Of a stretch of DNA of 64,000 bases, positions 50,450 to 63,510 are shown one piece after another. The stretch's first letter is position 1. Each line of letters opens with the position of its first letter. The stretch is from Callorhinchus milii. Its lineage: Eukaryota. Made by a program: the position numbers and the translations under genes. The stretch lies in contig NW_024704743.1 in NCBI RefSeq assembly GCF_018977255.1, positions 89,778,001 to 89,842,000 on the forward strand. Reading direction: 5' to 3'. The notes beneath the pieces were generated by a model, which was not told the origin of the DNA, made no database searches, and worked only from the letters and a program-made list of their open reading frames with translations.

Positions 50450-51500
50450 CAGTGCCAAACTCCTCACCCCCATCACCCCAGTCCTTACCAGGCTGCACTG
50501 ATTCCCTATTACTGCCTATTGCAGAATGGATCAATTTCCAGATCCTCACGTACGCCTACAAATCGCTTCATTCTATGGCACCTCCCTACTTCTCCAATCT
50601 GTTTACATCCCACTCGCTCCTCTACCCACCCGGCTCAGGCCTTCTGCACATCGCTCGCCCTCTCCCCTCCTCCATTCCTCCATCAGTGGCTATGTTTTCA
50701 ACCACTATGAACCACCGGAATGACCTGCATTAATGCCCCTGCCGTGTCTATCTTCAGATCATACCTTGAAGACCTTCCCATTCAATCATGCCTATGGTCA
50801 CCACCCCTCTCTCCCCAGCTCAGCGTGAAGCATTCTGAGACACTACCCCACGTAAAGGTCACTGTATAAATGCAAGTTGTTGAGAGGCCCTGGGTTTGAT
50901 TTCCAGCAGGGTGAAACATTGGGCAAGTTTCCTAACTCCACACACCTGTTTACCAAGCAGTAAGTAGGAACCTGGTTGTTAGTCAGTTGGCAGATTGCTT
51001 TTCTGGGGGTAATAATCCCTTAAAAAAAATTTGTTCACTCAATCCACAACTGTTTGTGAAACACTGCTTTGTGCAATTGGCTGCCAATTTTCGCCCACAA
51101 AATATACAGTCAATTCACTTTACAGTATATTCTGTGAAGAGCTTTGAGATGTCTCAAAGACGTGATAAGGCACTTAACAACAACAAATTACATTTACACA
51201 GCGCCTTTCACTTCGGAAAGATGTCCCAAGGTGCTAGACAGTCAGGGATTTGGACACGAGCTGGGGGTTAGGATCAGGAGGGGTGGAGGGCAGGGAGGGT
51301 TGGGTTAGGAGGGTGACCAAAGATGCAGTCGAAGTTAAGGGTCTTGAGATGGGCCCTGAAGGAGGCGAGGGAGGGAGCCAGGCAGAAGGAGTTCCGAAGG
51401 GTGGGGACAGAGAGGCTGAAGGCCTGTCTGCCGATGATGGGGCAGGCTGGGCGGGGACATGGAGCAGGCAGGAACCTGCTGAGCAAGGCTTGCAGAGCAA
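50450..51500. mobile_element. Cluster: old L2 3' end (+, 50450-50880), long-variant tRNA SINE (+, 50885-51175), L2 3' end (-, 51176-51500)
   Basis: L2 WINFQILTYAYKSLH motif; SINE body with the extra internal segment; reverse L2 tail aacaacaacaaattacattt. Confidence 0.8.
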
Positions 51501-52231
51501 ATGCCCTTAGCTACATCTTGACATGTGATCACAGTTGTTGCCAAGTTGCTACAGTATTTGGTTCTGAAAACTGCAAGCCACATAAGAGACTCCAGGATAC
51601 ACATTGCTTTGCAGTGACTGGAGGAATACTGCCTATGAGTGCTCACTGATCACTCTTGAATATTTTTGGACTATCCAGTTTCTATAAATATGTGTCTTAA
51701 AAGTGGCCGAACAGAAAATATAGTAATAAAATTAGACATAGATATGTTCACTGATTTCAAAATAATGAGGATAATCATTCAGTTTGTTTAGGAGGAAAGA
51801 CTTATGATTAAAGACCTTCTGAGTTCATTATGCATCTTGGTGATTCATATAGTTGCGCACAGCAGGAACAACGTGGCTGAATCATGCATCGACTTGCTTT
51901 CTATGTGTCTCAGCTTCCTGGTGAATGTGAGAGGAAGACAGTCGGGTGCATGTCTCTGAATCATGTGTATAGTTCCGGTCGCTGCAACATAAGTGAGCTG
52001 CCCAAGGCTTAGAGTTGGTGCAAAAGAGAGCGATGAGGATGTGGTCTGGTGTTAGAGGAATGGGCAACACGCAAAGATTGGACGACAACAACAACTTGCA
52101 CATATATAGTAGTGTAGTGTCTCAGAGCGCTTAGACAAGCTCTTCAGTCTTGAAAATGCATATCTCAGAGTAGACCTTGTTAAGGTACATAAGATTTAAA
52201 ATGGGATTGAGAAAGTAAACCCACAACAATA

Positions 52232-52666
52232 CAGTGCAGCCCTATGTGATGGTAGGGGATGACTCATAAAAATCCCACACAAGGTGTGATCGCTGTTTTA
52301 GACTTCCAGATTGCAATGTTACTTGACTTATATTAATACTGTGCATGCGTGAAGAAAACTGGCTGGCTTTCTGTGCCAACAATGACTGACATTTGTGTTA
52401 TCAGGTCGATGGTCATATCGGTTTCTGTTTGCTGCACATGTGTGAAGGAAGCTGCAGTTGGGTTGGTTGAACATTGAGTCAATTCACAACCTAATTTGCT
52501 GGCGCTAGAAGTTAGATTGTGCTTTGCCGTGATGCAGGTCAGGTTGTGCTTTGACATGATGCACTAGTGCATATGTAGCACAGGAAAATGGACACATATC
52601 CACAGGGCACCCGACTTATAAGCAAACTAACATTATAAGGAGATGGAGTGTAATGGGCCTGCACTG
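52232..52666. mobile_element. Probable Tc1/mariner-pogo-type MITE inserted in a CR1 fragment (~52170-52930)
   Basis: Imperfect terminal inverted repeats CAGTGCAGCCCTAT / ATGGGCCTGCACTG with TA on the left. Flanks rejoin as CR1 (aaagtaaacccacaacaata|ctttgaag), comparable to ~11970-12000. Confidence 0.55.
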
Positions 52667-55600
52667 TCTTTGAAGATACACCAAGTTAGCAGAGCACGAA
52701 GGTACGGGCTTCAGGTTACAAACATCAATTGGACACCAGGAAGTATTTATTTCCACAGAAAGTAATTAAAGACTGCAGCAGGTTACCAGGAAGGATTGTT
52801 GAGGCCAGGACACTGGGCTCGTTGAAGAAACAGCTTGATGGTGTAATGGGAGTACAGTTGGGTGGGTATTTTGGAAGAGAGATCAAATGGGTAGGAGGCC
52901 TTCTTCATCCAAACCTCTCTTATGATTTCTTAAAGTGGAAAATTACACCTGAACAAACAGCAAACCAAAATAAAATTCTTCCTTTTTTTAAGACAGTCAC
53001 ATTGTAAAAAAAACATATCTTTTATGGAACAACAGTTTTTAGAAATCAGCTTGCTCCCTATTTTCACTGTCCCAGGCCATTATATTAGACATTGCTTCAC
53101 CCTGGTCAGACCTCTCTCTGTTTTGTCCTCAAGGGTTTACATTCCTACCGGGATTGATGGGATGGGATTGCAATGATTTTCAAGCCCTATTGTTATAGAT
53201 CTTTTGAGGGTTTTTTCTGCATGTCAGATTCTTGCATAATAATCCTTGCATTTTATATGGTGCTTATATCACTGAAACGTGTTGAAGTCCTTCAGACAGG
53301 TGATTATTGCCAAGTTCATTTACTATGTATTTGCAGATAAATACAGCAACCATCTTGCGCAAAGCAAGGACCCAGAAACAACCTTGAATTGAATGATCAA
53401 TTTACTTAGAGGGTTGTTGGCCAGGACACAGTGAGAAACTCACTTCTCTTTTTGAATAGTGTTATGGAATCTTTAATATTTTGGACTTTAAGATTGCCTG
53501 TTGTCCTGGCTTACAAAAGAAGAATGACTAGTTGAGTAAAATACTTGTGAAAAGTGCCCCCAACGTAACCCAGGAAAATGTAGACTATATAATAATAATA
53601 ATCCTTGCATTTGATAGAGGACTTATGTCATCAAGACGTTTCAAAGCACTTCACAGGATTTTACTGAGCTCGAAGTCCAAGTTCAGAAGATATTTATAAT
53701 CGCTTGATATTAAAGCTTGTGGTTTACTGTCTGTCAAGAGTTTTCAGTATACACAAAGGAGAAGAGAATAGAGGGATATAAGTGAAAAGATTAAGGGGAT
53801 GGAAGTTCATGTGGATTATAAACACTAGCACGGACTACTTGGGCAAATGGCTTGATTCCATGCTATAATGTTCCGTTTAAGTCTATGTATAGTATACAAT
53901 TTTAAAATTCTGACAGATTGATTCTTTATTAAAATTCAGTGCTAGTTTGAAAAAAAATCTAAACCTGCATTTCCAATGTTGCTAAACAAATTGCATTTCC
54001 AATGTTCCTTGAATAAACGAGCAACAATTGCAAATAGTTAAACTGATATGTAATGAACTTGTGTAACAGTCACTTAAAAGCCAATAGAAGAATGTTAACC
54101 TGACAGTAAAACTGGGTATCTAATCAGGACGTGTCCTTTTAATAAGGGATCCATTTATTATCTTAATTAAAAATCTTCTTTACAATTTTTCAGATTAGGA
54201 TTCTTTAGGCTTTAATTGTTTCAGTATAATTCATTGTAACTACACAAGAACAATCCCGACCTTTAACTGGCGTAGTCAGCTTCATGTCTTTTTACCAAAA
54301 CCTTTCACATAAGGGCCCGGATTAAACCTTTGGTGTTGTGCAGGCTTGCTATGAGGCACTGGACTTGGTCCCTCAGAACATTAAGGTGGGCTGGTGCGTT
54401 CCGAGTTATTCTGGATGACTTTATTGCGTATTTACTTTGCTATTCATACAAGATTACAAGTAAGTTTACCGCTGTTCTTGGTAACTCATTTTGGTTGTTG
54501 ATTGATCTGTGTAAAGAATTTCTTCCTGGTGTTTATTTGAAAATTGCCCTTCACAATCCTGAACCTGTGTATGATACCTACAGTAAAAAAAAAGGCTATA
54601 CTTATTAGTAATTACCTGTGAAGCATTTTGAAACACTGTATTTCAACATAAAAAGCCAAGTTTTTCCTACTACCCAGTATAGTTCTTTCCGCTATCCTCA
54701 GAGTCTCATCTTATTGCTATACGTTGTGATTGTGTTACTATCCAATAATGGACATGCTTTCCAATGGATCTTAAGTAAAAGCACCAGTTAGATCTACATT
54801 AATTTGCATGGGATTTGATAAATTAACACGCAATGTTTTTGACTTCTAAGACACTGTGTGTTGATGTGCCAAATCTGTGTAATTCAGGAATGTTTGCGTT
54901 TTTAAGCTTAAAATGGAAAACAATCGTTTTTTGATTCTTCCAGAAAGGAAACCAAGGCAATTGACAAGGCAATTGACATTTTCCTTTATTTCTTCGGCAA
55001 AATGGCTAATATTGCTACTTCCTCATTTTATATCACAAACGTAATTATTGAATATTTTAAGGGATATTTGGGACACAATAGGTTTTTGTACATTTTTCAC
55101 ATTTGACAAATGTTATAAAATCAACTTTCATAAATTGTATGTGGAATTGGGTCATTCTAGATTTATGTTTTCTAAAATGGTAGAATGTTTGTTTCCACTG
55201 CAGCTAAATGTAGCAGAATCTGTGCAATAAGAACAGTACACTGAGATATAAAGGGTCAATGCCAAGTGAGCTTATTCAGTATTCCCTTCCTTGCTATGCA
55301 ATATGTAATAGATGGCAATACAATGTAGATCAGACAAGGGATTAAACCTAAGGCATTTTATACTGAAAGAAGCACTCCATCCTCCTCTGCAAAACAATTT
55401 TCTAGTCAGCAGTAGTACTGAAACTTAATTTTTTAATATAGAAATGTAGATCAAAAAGACAGTGCTTCTTACTGTCCATGGCCACTTGCAGGAAAAATGG
55501 AGCTGAGCTCATTACCTCACATCATTTATGATATTCACTTTGCAAGATTGAGGAGAAAGAGATAGACGAGACTTTGATGACATTGAGGTACTGGGGACAA

Positions 55601-57254
55601 GTCCTGGGACAAGTCATTTAACCCACTGTACTTCACAAATAGATCCACTACTAATGGCTAATTTTTTGCAATTTTTTCAAAAGGACAATATTTGGCGTGT
55701 TACCAAGAAGTGGTTAACAAACAGACTTTAATCATCCTTCCAACAACAGTGGAAGTGCATTGTAGTTTATCATTGCTTATTTATAGATTGAACCAATGGG
55801 TAAAATTTGAGGTATTCCATTATTAATGCCAGCGAGAAGTAAAGCTGGAGTCTTGGTTCCTCACTCTCTGACTGCTATGTTTAGTTTGGATGATGTAGGC
55901 ATGCTTTTCAATTGTAGTCCCAAGACTATTTAAAGTTATTTTTGTTTAATAGTTTTCTGCGCTGGTTCTGTGGAAGAGAAGCAATAGTTGTGCTCACTTG
56001 GCCTATTTCCCAATAGCGATCGATGCTGATGTGATCTGAACTCAACTGATTTGGCAAAACAGCGAAGGAGACTGTTCACCTTGTTTATTGCTGCCTCACC
56101 CTAATTTGACATGGGGAGCGACAATGTAACTAACACCCCTAGATCTCTTTCAGTTTCCCACTTGGCAAGTTCTATCCCATCCATAGAGTACATGTGCCTC
56201 CTATTTTTACTTTCTGTTGATGTATGCAGAGAACAGCTGCAGATTTGGCACTGATCCTTGGGGAACTCTTCTCCTCACAGCCCGTCACTTCTCTCTCACT
56301 TCTACCCTTCATCCAGTTTCAACAACAACAACTTGCATTTTTATGGAGCGCTTGACAGTGTCGGAGTCTGACCCCGAGCCAGGGGGAGAGGGAGGTGACA
56401 TAGGCATGATCAAAAAGGAAGATCTTTAAAAGGAATTTGAAGGTGGGGAGGGATGCGGCAAGACAAGGGATTGAGGGAGACAGTTTCCTGTCTGACCTAG
56501 AAAATGTGTTCAGTACCATGCACCTCAATTTTAGCCAGTAATTTCCAATGGGTAACTTTACTCCCTGTCTCAAGTTAATCCCTAGGACTTTTCTCAGACG
56601 TGTGAGAGGTGAAGAACACTTTAGTTCAATAATACACACAGATGAACCTTTTTTTTTAAATGGCTCTATCGGTTTACATTGACATTTGTCATTTGCTTTG
56701 CTTTTGTTACTTTACAATCTCCTTTAATGCTTAAACCAGTATCGATAACCTTATTGAAGTTCTTTGACCTTGTTCTTAAATGGAACGATTTATTTGTTCA
56801 GCAGAACACAGTAAATTAACTTTTCAGTGCCCTTACAGTCAAGAAGTGGTTGATTTACTGAAAGCTGCACAGGAGTTAAAGAGGAGATAAGATTCTGGAA
56901 TTATAGAACAACTTACAGTTATATAGCACTCTTCACTTAAGATAACATCTCAAAGTGCTCCATAAAGATGACATCTAGACCTGTGGGGAAAGGGGGATGA
57001 AACCATAGGCAAAGTCAAAGAGGTGTAGTTTTAAGTGGAATTTAAACACAGATAGCAAGGGATGGAGGGTAAGGTAGGGGCATATCAACTGAGAGTACCA
57101 ATGGTTAGGGGTGTAGTAGCAGATTATAAATAAATTAAGAATAAGTATGCAGATAGTTGCAAAGTAATGGCCCTGTCCACCTCTTTATACTTTGCAGTTA
57201 GAGGTTAATTACTGAAGCAAATCATTCATGGGATAGAATAGATCTATCTATTTT

Positions 57255-57574
57255 GGAGTCCTGTAGTTCAGTGGTTAGAGCACTCGCTTTGCAAGTGAGA
57301 GACCTGAGTTCAATTCCAGGTAGGGCGAAACCTTGGGCAAGTTTCCTTATTCCACACGCCTAATAATAATCCCTCCAAAACAAAAAACAATAATAAATTG
57401 GTCATTTTCAATCTACGACTGTTTGTTGGACATTGCTGTGCGCAATTGGCTGCCGCGTTCGCCCACAAATATACAGTCAATTCACTTTACAGTGTGTTCT
57501 GTGAAGCGCTTTGGGATGTCCTCCCGACGTGAAAAGCGCTATATCAAATGCAAGGATTATTAATATTATTATTA
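57255..57574 (+). mobile_element. tRNA-derived SINE, full length, with L2-type tail core
   Basis: ggagtcctgtagttcagtggttagagc...gggatgtcctcccgacgtgaaaagcgctatatcaaatgcaaggattatt. Confidence 0.92.
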
Positions 57575-57796
57575 TCAACAACAACAGTATTCTGTATTAT
57601 ATAGTGCTTTTTCAGGGGCATTTAGCTGGCTGCTTGTTCTAAACATAGATGCATTTTTAAAATGATTTATGCAACTTACTGAGGAAGTGGGACCTTGAAC
57701 AAGTCTGGTGCCACAAGGCCTGACAGCACCTGTATGACTGATTTTGCTTTGATGCTCCAAGGATAAATATTTATCACGTGTAGAACTATTGCATGC

Positions 57797-58011
57797 AATA
57801 ATAATCCCTCCAAAAACCAAAAACAATAATAAATTGGTCATTTCCAATCCACGACTGTCTGTGGGACACTGCTGTGCGCAATTGGCTGCCGCGTTCGCCC
57901 ACAAATATACAGTCAATTCACTTTACAGTGTGTTCTGTGAAGCACTTTGGGACGTCCTCCCGACGTGAAAAGCGCTATATCAAATGCAAGGATTATTATT
58001 ATTATTATTAT
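57797..58011 (+). mobile_element. SINE, 5'-truncated, same subfamily as 57255
   Basis: Near-identical to 57362-57574. Confidence 0.9.
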
Positions 58012-58849
58012 TGCCATCTATTTTGTTGTTTGTGAGTGACCGTCCTTTACAATTCTTTCGTTTGTGCAAATATAGTCAAACCCGTTTTAGGAACCACTCA
58101 GAGGACTGGATCAAAGTGGCTTTTGAGTAAGGGTTCATTGGTTTGTTGACCGGGCTCAAAATTTAAAAAAAATTCCATGACCCGCTAGATTCCTAGCACA
58201 TTTACCAAAGCTGTCTTATCGGTAAGACAGGCATCACATGGGCTGCTCAGTGAGTGTTGGTAAATACGCTAGGAGTCTCGCTGGAGTCCACACAAGGTCC
58301 TGCAGAAATCGCTAATGAATTGCTAGTAAGTGCACTTAAATTCACTTAGAACTGGTCACTGAAAAGACAGGGTATCTTGAGCTGAACTGGCTCCAGGGTG
58401 ATACACTTGGCAGCAACAGAATGTCAGAATCTCTATTCTCTATGGCGATTTCATTAGTTGGGTACTTGAGCCAGGCGGGTCTACAGTACTCCAGAACACT
58501 GTTGATGGGAGAGTCAGCCTGGCTCAGTGCTAGGACTTGGAGGGGCAGACAAATCACTAGTGCGACGATTCAGCTCCTATTAAGCTTGTATTGCAGAGCC
58601 CTATCTTGTAGGGTGATCTTAGCTGGGCAAACTGCAGGAAGCTTGCCAAATAGTGCTCTCAATGGAAATAGCTGATGAACCTCCAAAAGGTGTCATTTTG
58701 GAATCCCAGGCCTTAGCTGTTGTCAACATGCATCTAATACTCTCCGGAAATGGTTAAGCGGGGTGTATCCCTCTGGGAGAGAATCCACCTTCCATGACAG
58801 ACAAGGGGAAGTTCCTAGATAAGATGGCATACATATATATGGAACTCAC

Positions 58850-59245
58850 AGATCGACTTCAAGATCCTCTCACTCGTTTTCAAATCCCTTCATGCCCTGG
58901 CATTTCTGTCCCTCTCCAACCTGCTTACTTCCCAACCCACAACCCGCTGCCTCCGCTCGACTGGCTCTGGTTTTCTGCATGTCCCTCATGCCCTCTGTTC
59001 CACCTTTGGTGGCCGCGCTTTCAGCCACTACCCCACGAAACTCTGGAACACTCTTCCTCCATCCCTTCGCTTTGCCCTTCCTTCCCCATCTGCAGGTCAC
59101 TCCTGAAGACCTTCCTATTCGACTGTGTCTACAGTCATTCCTTCCCTCCTCCCGGTTCGGCGTTGTGCTCCGCCACTGTCAAGCGCTCTAGGACGCTACC
59201 CTCGGTGAGGGGCACTATACAAATGCAAGTTATTACTGTTGTCGT
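58850..59245 (+). mobile_element. Old L2 3' fragment
   Basis: FKILSLVFKSLH-like sequence, LKTFLFD and the tail. Confidence 0.75.
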
Positions 59246-59694
59246 TAATGTTTGGATAATCTTAAGCAACGTGATGGGGTTCGGCATGTGTCAGACATCA
59301 GACTTTGGTCTGATATGCAAATTTTCATCACACGAGTCTCTAAACTTAAACCACCGAGTTCCACATATACAATCTAATTAATAAACACTGAGAGTCTCGG
59401 TGCATAGCGAATGCTGTACCCAAACCAAGGCTATAGCAGAGTGTGTATTGGGCTACTGCTGGAGTTTAACAAGCGAATACTGCAGCATGGTACTGCAGAG
59501 CATTGATAAGCATTGTGCTGCTTGTCCAGTTAGTTTTACCCTACGGGTTAGAGTTTGGCTTGCAGAGTTAACAGGAGCAAAGTATCTCGGGAGTGCGAGA
59601 GAGGTTCTGGACTGGCCTGCCTGAATATCAAAGCAGTGTTGAAATGTTGGATGAACTTTGAGCTTATAGCAAGTAATTGAGAGGAAAAGAGTAC

Positions 59695-60305
59695 ATTAGA
59701 ATACATTAGAATATAAGCACAGAAACAGGCCATTCGGCCCAACTGGTCTATGCCAATATTTATGCTCCACATGAGCCTCCTCCTGCTCTTCCTCAACTAA
59801 GCCTTCAAGCATAACCTTCTATTCCTTTATCCCTCATGTACCTATCTAGCTTCCCCTTAAATACACTATTTGCCTCAACAACTCCTTGTGGAAGCACGTT
59901 CCACATTCCCACTACTCTCTGTGTAAAGAAATTTCTTCTAACTTCCCAATTTGATCTATTGTGACTATTTTATAATGATGGCCCCTGGTTTTCGTCTTCC
60001 CCCACAAGTGGAAACATCTTTCCTATGTCTACCCTATCAAAACTTTTCATCATTTTAAAGACCCATCAGGTCACCCTTACCCAAGAGACAAAAGTCGAAG
60101 CATGTTCAGCCTTTCCTGATAGGTATAACCTCTCAGTTCTGGGATCATCCTTGTGAATCTCCTTTGCACCCTCTCCAGTGCCTCTACATCACTTCTATAA
60201 TGTGGGGACCAGAACTGAACTGCACACAGTATTCTAAGTGTGGTCTAACCAAGGTTCTGTAGAAGTTTACCATAATTTCCCTGTTTTTCATTTCTATCCA
60301 TTTCT
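59695..60305 (-). mobile_element. CR1 3' fragment
   Basis: Reverse complement of LVRPHLEYCV and the CR1 tail (acattagaat repeats, aggccattcggccc). Confidence 0.82.
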
Positions 60306-60699
60306 ATAGTGTTTGACACTAAAGAGAATCATTTATGTGTAAAAGTTAAGCAGTGAAAAAAGATGTCACTGAAGACCACAATGTTAATGGGTTCAAAGTT
60401 GTGTTTGCTCCAGTCTTTTCAAAGAAGGCTGCTTACTTTTTTTTTAAACTTTAACATAAATGGGATCAACTATACGTTTTCCTGCTCTTGCTGAAAATGA
60501 TTAAATACCCCCTCAATTAATATTTAAACTGGCCCCATGTGATGTTCAAACCTATTTGCCTTGAATGGGTTTCAACCCTGACCCTTACATTCCTGGTCTG
60601 CTCTATCAATGGATTGGAAGGAGATTTGTTTGGTCAGGGTTCAAGCCATTGCAAACTTGTACTCCAAAAAGTATTTTTTTGTGGGGAGAAATGCAATGT

Positions 60700-61170
60700 C
60701 GCAGGTGCTGTCCTTAGGATGAAATTTAAACTGATACCCTATCTTCCCATCTTAGATGGATGTTAAAGATCCTATGACACTATTTGAAAAGAGGAGTTTC
60801 TCCTGGTGAGCCGATAAATAATCCCCCAGATAAATTGGTCATTTACTTCATGGCCTTTGGGGGTATGTTGCTGTGTGTAAATTGGCTGTCACGTATGCCT
60901 AGAAATACGACAGCCAATTACACACAGAGGTGTCTCACAAACAGTAATGGGTTGATTGACCACATTTTTTTTCTATTTTTTTAAAAAGGATTATTACTCC
61001 CAGAAAGCAATCCGCCAATCGACTAACAACGCGGCTCATACTTACTGCTAGGTAAATAGAGTCATGTGGAGTACAGAAACTTGCCTAAGGTTTCACCCCG
61101 CCTGGGAATCGACCCTGGGTCCTCTCGCTTTCGAGGCGAGTGCTCTAATCGATACACTACTGGACTCCAC
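60700..61170. mobile_element. Deu-type SINE (+, 60700-60900) fused to a long-variant tRNA SINE (-, 60905-61170)
   Basis: The minus-strand head ends ...ctactggactccac at 61170; the junction is aaattggctgtc...gacagccaatt. Confidence 0.75.
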
Positions 61171-61329
61171 TGTTATTATTATAAAAACCATCTATTTCCG
61201 TAAATATTGGAAAGTGCATCATATCTTGCCTGAAGTATCTGAAACTATTGAAAAGGATTGTTAAACATTGTCTACAGAGATTATATGTTTTGTTTTAATC
61301 TAAAAACTAACTAGTTTCATTCTTTCCAG

Positions 61330-61488
61330 GCTGCTGTGGCTGGAGGCACCACCATGATAATAGACTTTGTGGTGGGCCAGAAAGGTGTCTCCCTACTAGA
61401 GTCTTATGAGAAATGGAGAGGCTGGGCAGATCCTAAAGTCTGCTGTGATTACTCCCTACATGTGGCTGTAACCTGGTGGAGTGAGAAG
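61330..61488 (+). CDS. DPYS: DPYS coding exon 2, 159 bp
   Basis: tttccAG ends 61329 and GTacag starts 61489. Translates [53 protein letters not shown]; phase 0-0. Confidence 0.96.
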
Positions 61489-61656
61489 GTACAGTATGAA
61501 AGCACTGGTACACAAGTGTTTTATTGTGACAACAACAACAGCTTGCATTTATATAGTGCCCTCCATGCCGGGCAGTATCCCAGAGCGCTTAACAATAAAG
61601 CCCCACAAATTCCAATGTTATATATTGGAATGTTATAATAGTGTGCTGCAATGTTA

Positions 61657-62270
61657 TAATAATAATAATAATCCTTGCATTTGATATAGCACCTTATCAT
61701 GTCTTCGAGACGTCTCAAAGCGCTTCACAGAATATGCTGTAAAATGAATTGATTGTACAATTCACTTTTCACTTTGTGGCGTCCTATAGCTCAGTGGTTA
61801 GAGCACTCGCTTTGCAAGTGGGAGACCTGAGTTCGATTCCCAGCAGGGTGAAACCTTGGGCAAGTTTCCTTACTCCACACGCCTGATAATAATCCCTCCA
61901 AAACAAAACAATAATAAATTGGTCATTTTCAATCCACGACTGTTTGTGGGACACTGCTGTGCGCAATTGACTGCTGCATTTCGCCCACAAATATAGTTTA
62001 TTCACTTTACAGTCTATTCTGTGAAGCGTTTTGAGATGTTTAGAAGATGTGAAAAGTGCTATATCAAACGCAAGGATTACTATTATTACATTATGTGGGC
62101 GAAACACGGCAGCCAATTGCGCACAGCAGTGTCCCACAAACAGTCGTGGATTGAGTGACCACATTTTTTTTGGAAGGATTATTACTTCAGGGCAATGTTC
62201 CGCCAATCGACTAACAACCGGGTTCCTATTTACTGCTAGTAAACAGCATGTGGAAGAAGGAAACTTGCCT
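61657..62270. mobile_element. Full-length + SINE (61776-62088) nested inside a minus-strand SINE (61657-61760 / 62089-62270)
   Basis: The outer halves rejoin as tgaattgattgtaca|ttatgtgggcgaaac, the reverse complement of the SINE body. Confidence 0.85.
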
Positions 62271-62540
62271 AACATTACATTACAATATCCCAAATAAAAT
62301 GGATTATTTCATATTTGTTTGTGGAACATTGCTGTGTGCCATTTTCACCTACAAATACACAGTCACTCCATTTCACAGTAAGTTTTGTGAAGTGCTTAGA
62401 GAACCGTCCTACCATGAAAGGAATTGTATCAAATGCAAGGATTAGTATTGTTATTTAACTATCAATGTTCTTTTCCGGTCAATCTCTTGAATAGCACTGA
62501 GCTCCACAACCAATTCCCCTTTAATCTGCTTGTTTTGTAG

Positions 62541-62720
62541 GTGAAGGAAGAAATGGAAATTCTCGTCAGAGATAAAGGTGTGAATTCCTTTAAGATGTTC
62601 ATGGCTTACAAAGATGTCTTCATGCTTCAAGATGATGAGCTGTATGCTGCTTTCTGCCAGTGCAAGGAGCTAGGAGCAATCGCTCAGGTTCATGCTGAAA
62701 ATGGGCATTTAATAGCAGAA
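62541..62720 (+). CDS. DPYS: DPYS coding exon 3, 180 bp (gene continues beyond the window)
   Basis: ttgtAG ends 62540 and GTaagt starts 62721. Translates [25 protein letters not shown]...[15 protein letters not shown], retaining the carbamylated Lys (SFKMF) and the His of VHAEN, as in catalytically active dihydropyrimidinases. Confidence 0.96.
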
Positions 62721-63094
62721 GTAAGTTTGGGCATAACAGTTGCCTTATTTGAACAGTGTACAAACTTCACCTCTTTTACATTAATCTATTTGTTCCCTTT
62801 ATCTTACAGAAAAGTACTATTATTATAATAGGATCAATTTTATGATGTGATAATTAATACCTAAGAGCTAATTTACACTGATTATTTAGTGACTTTAAGA
62901 TATTTAGCACTTTGACAGTTCCATGGTTGTAGTGAAGGCAGGAACTGTTCCCCACCCTCTTCCTCCTCATTCCCCACACAATGCCCTCTCATTGATCACA
63001 CAATGACCATAATGTACACTGAACTTTGTATAGCAAGATACTAGCTTTACTCTGTTGTAAAGTCAATATGCCCCCTCAACCTTGCCACAAAGTA

Positions 63095-63510
63095 TCAGCC
63101 TGGTTCAGTTTGTAGCGTTCTTGCCCCTGAGTCAAAAATCTGTCGGTTGAAACCCCATATTGAACTCACAGAATAGGCTTATGCTCGGTGCAGTGCTGGG
63201 ACAGTGCTGCATTGTCAGCGGTGTCGTCCTTTGAATGAAATGTTAAATGTTATGTCTATTCAAGTGGATATTAAAGATCCCATTGGTTCTACTCCCACTT
63301 TTCGAAAAGAGAATGAGTTTCTCCTGATGTCTTGACCAACAATCCCCCAAATAAAATTGGTTACTCACTCCATGGCCATTTGTGGGACATTGATGTGCAC
63401 AAATTGCTTGCACGTTTACCTATACATACATAATCACTACACTTCACAGTAAGGTTATTTAAGATATCTTGATACTGTATTAAGGCACTATATCAAATAC
63501 AAGGAAGATC
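63095..63510 (+). mobile_element. Old Deu-type SINE, near full length
   Basis: tggttcagtttgtagcgttcttgcccctgagtca...tgctgcattgtcagcggtgtcgtccttt...gtggatattaaagatcccat...tttgtgggacatt...taaggcactatatcaaatacaag. Confidence 0.75.
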
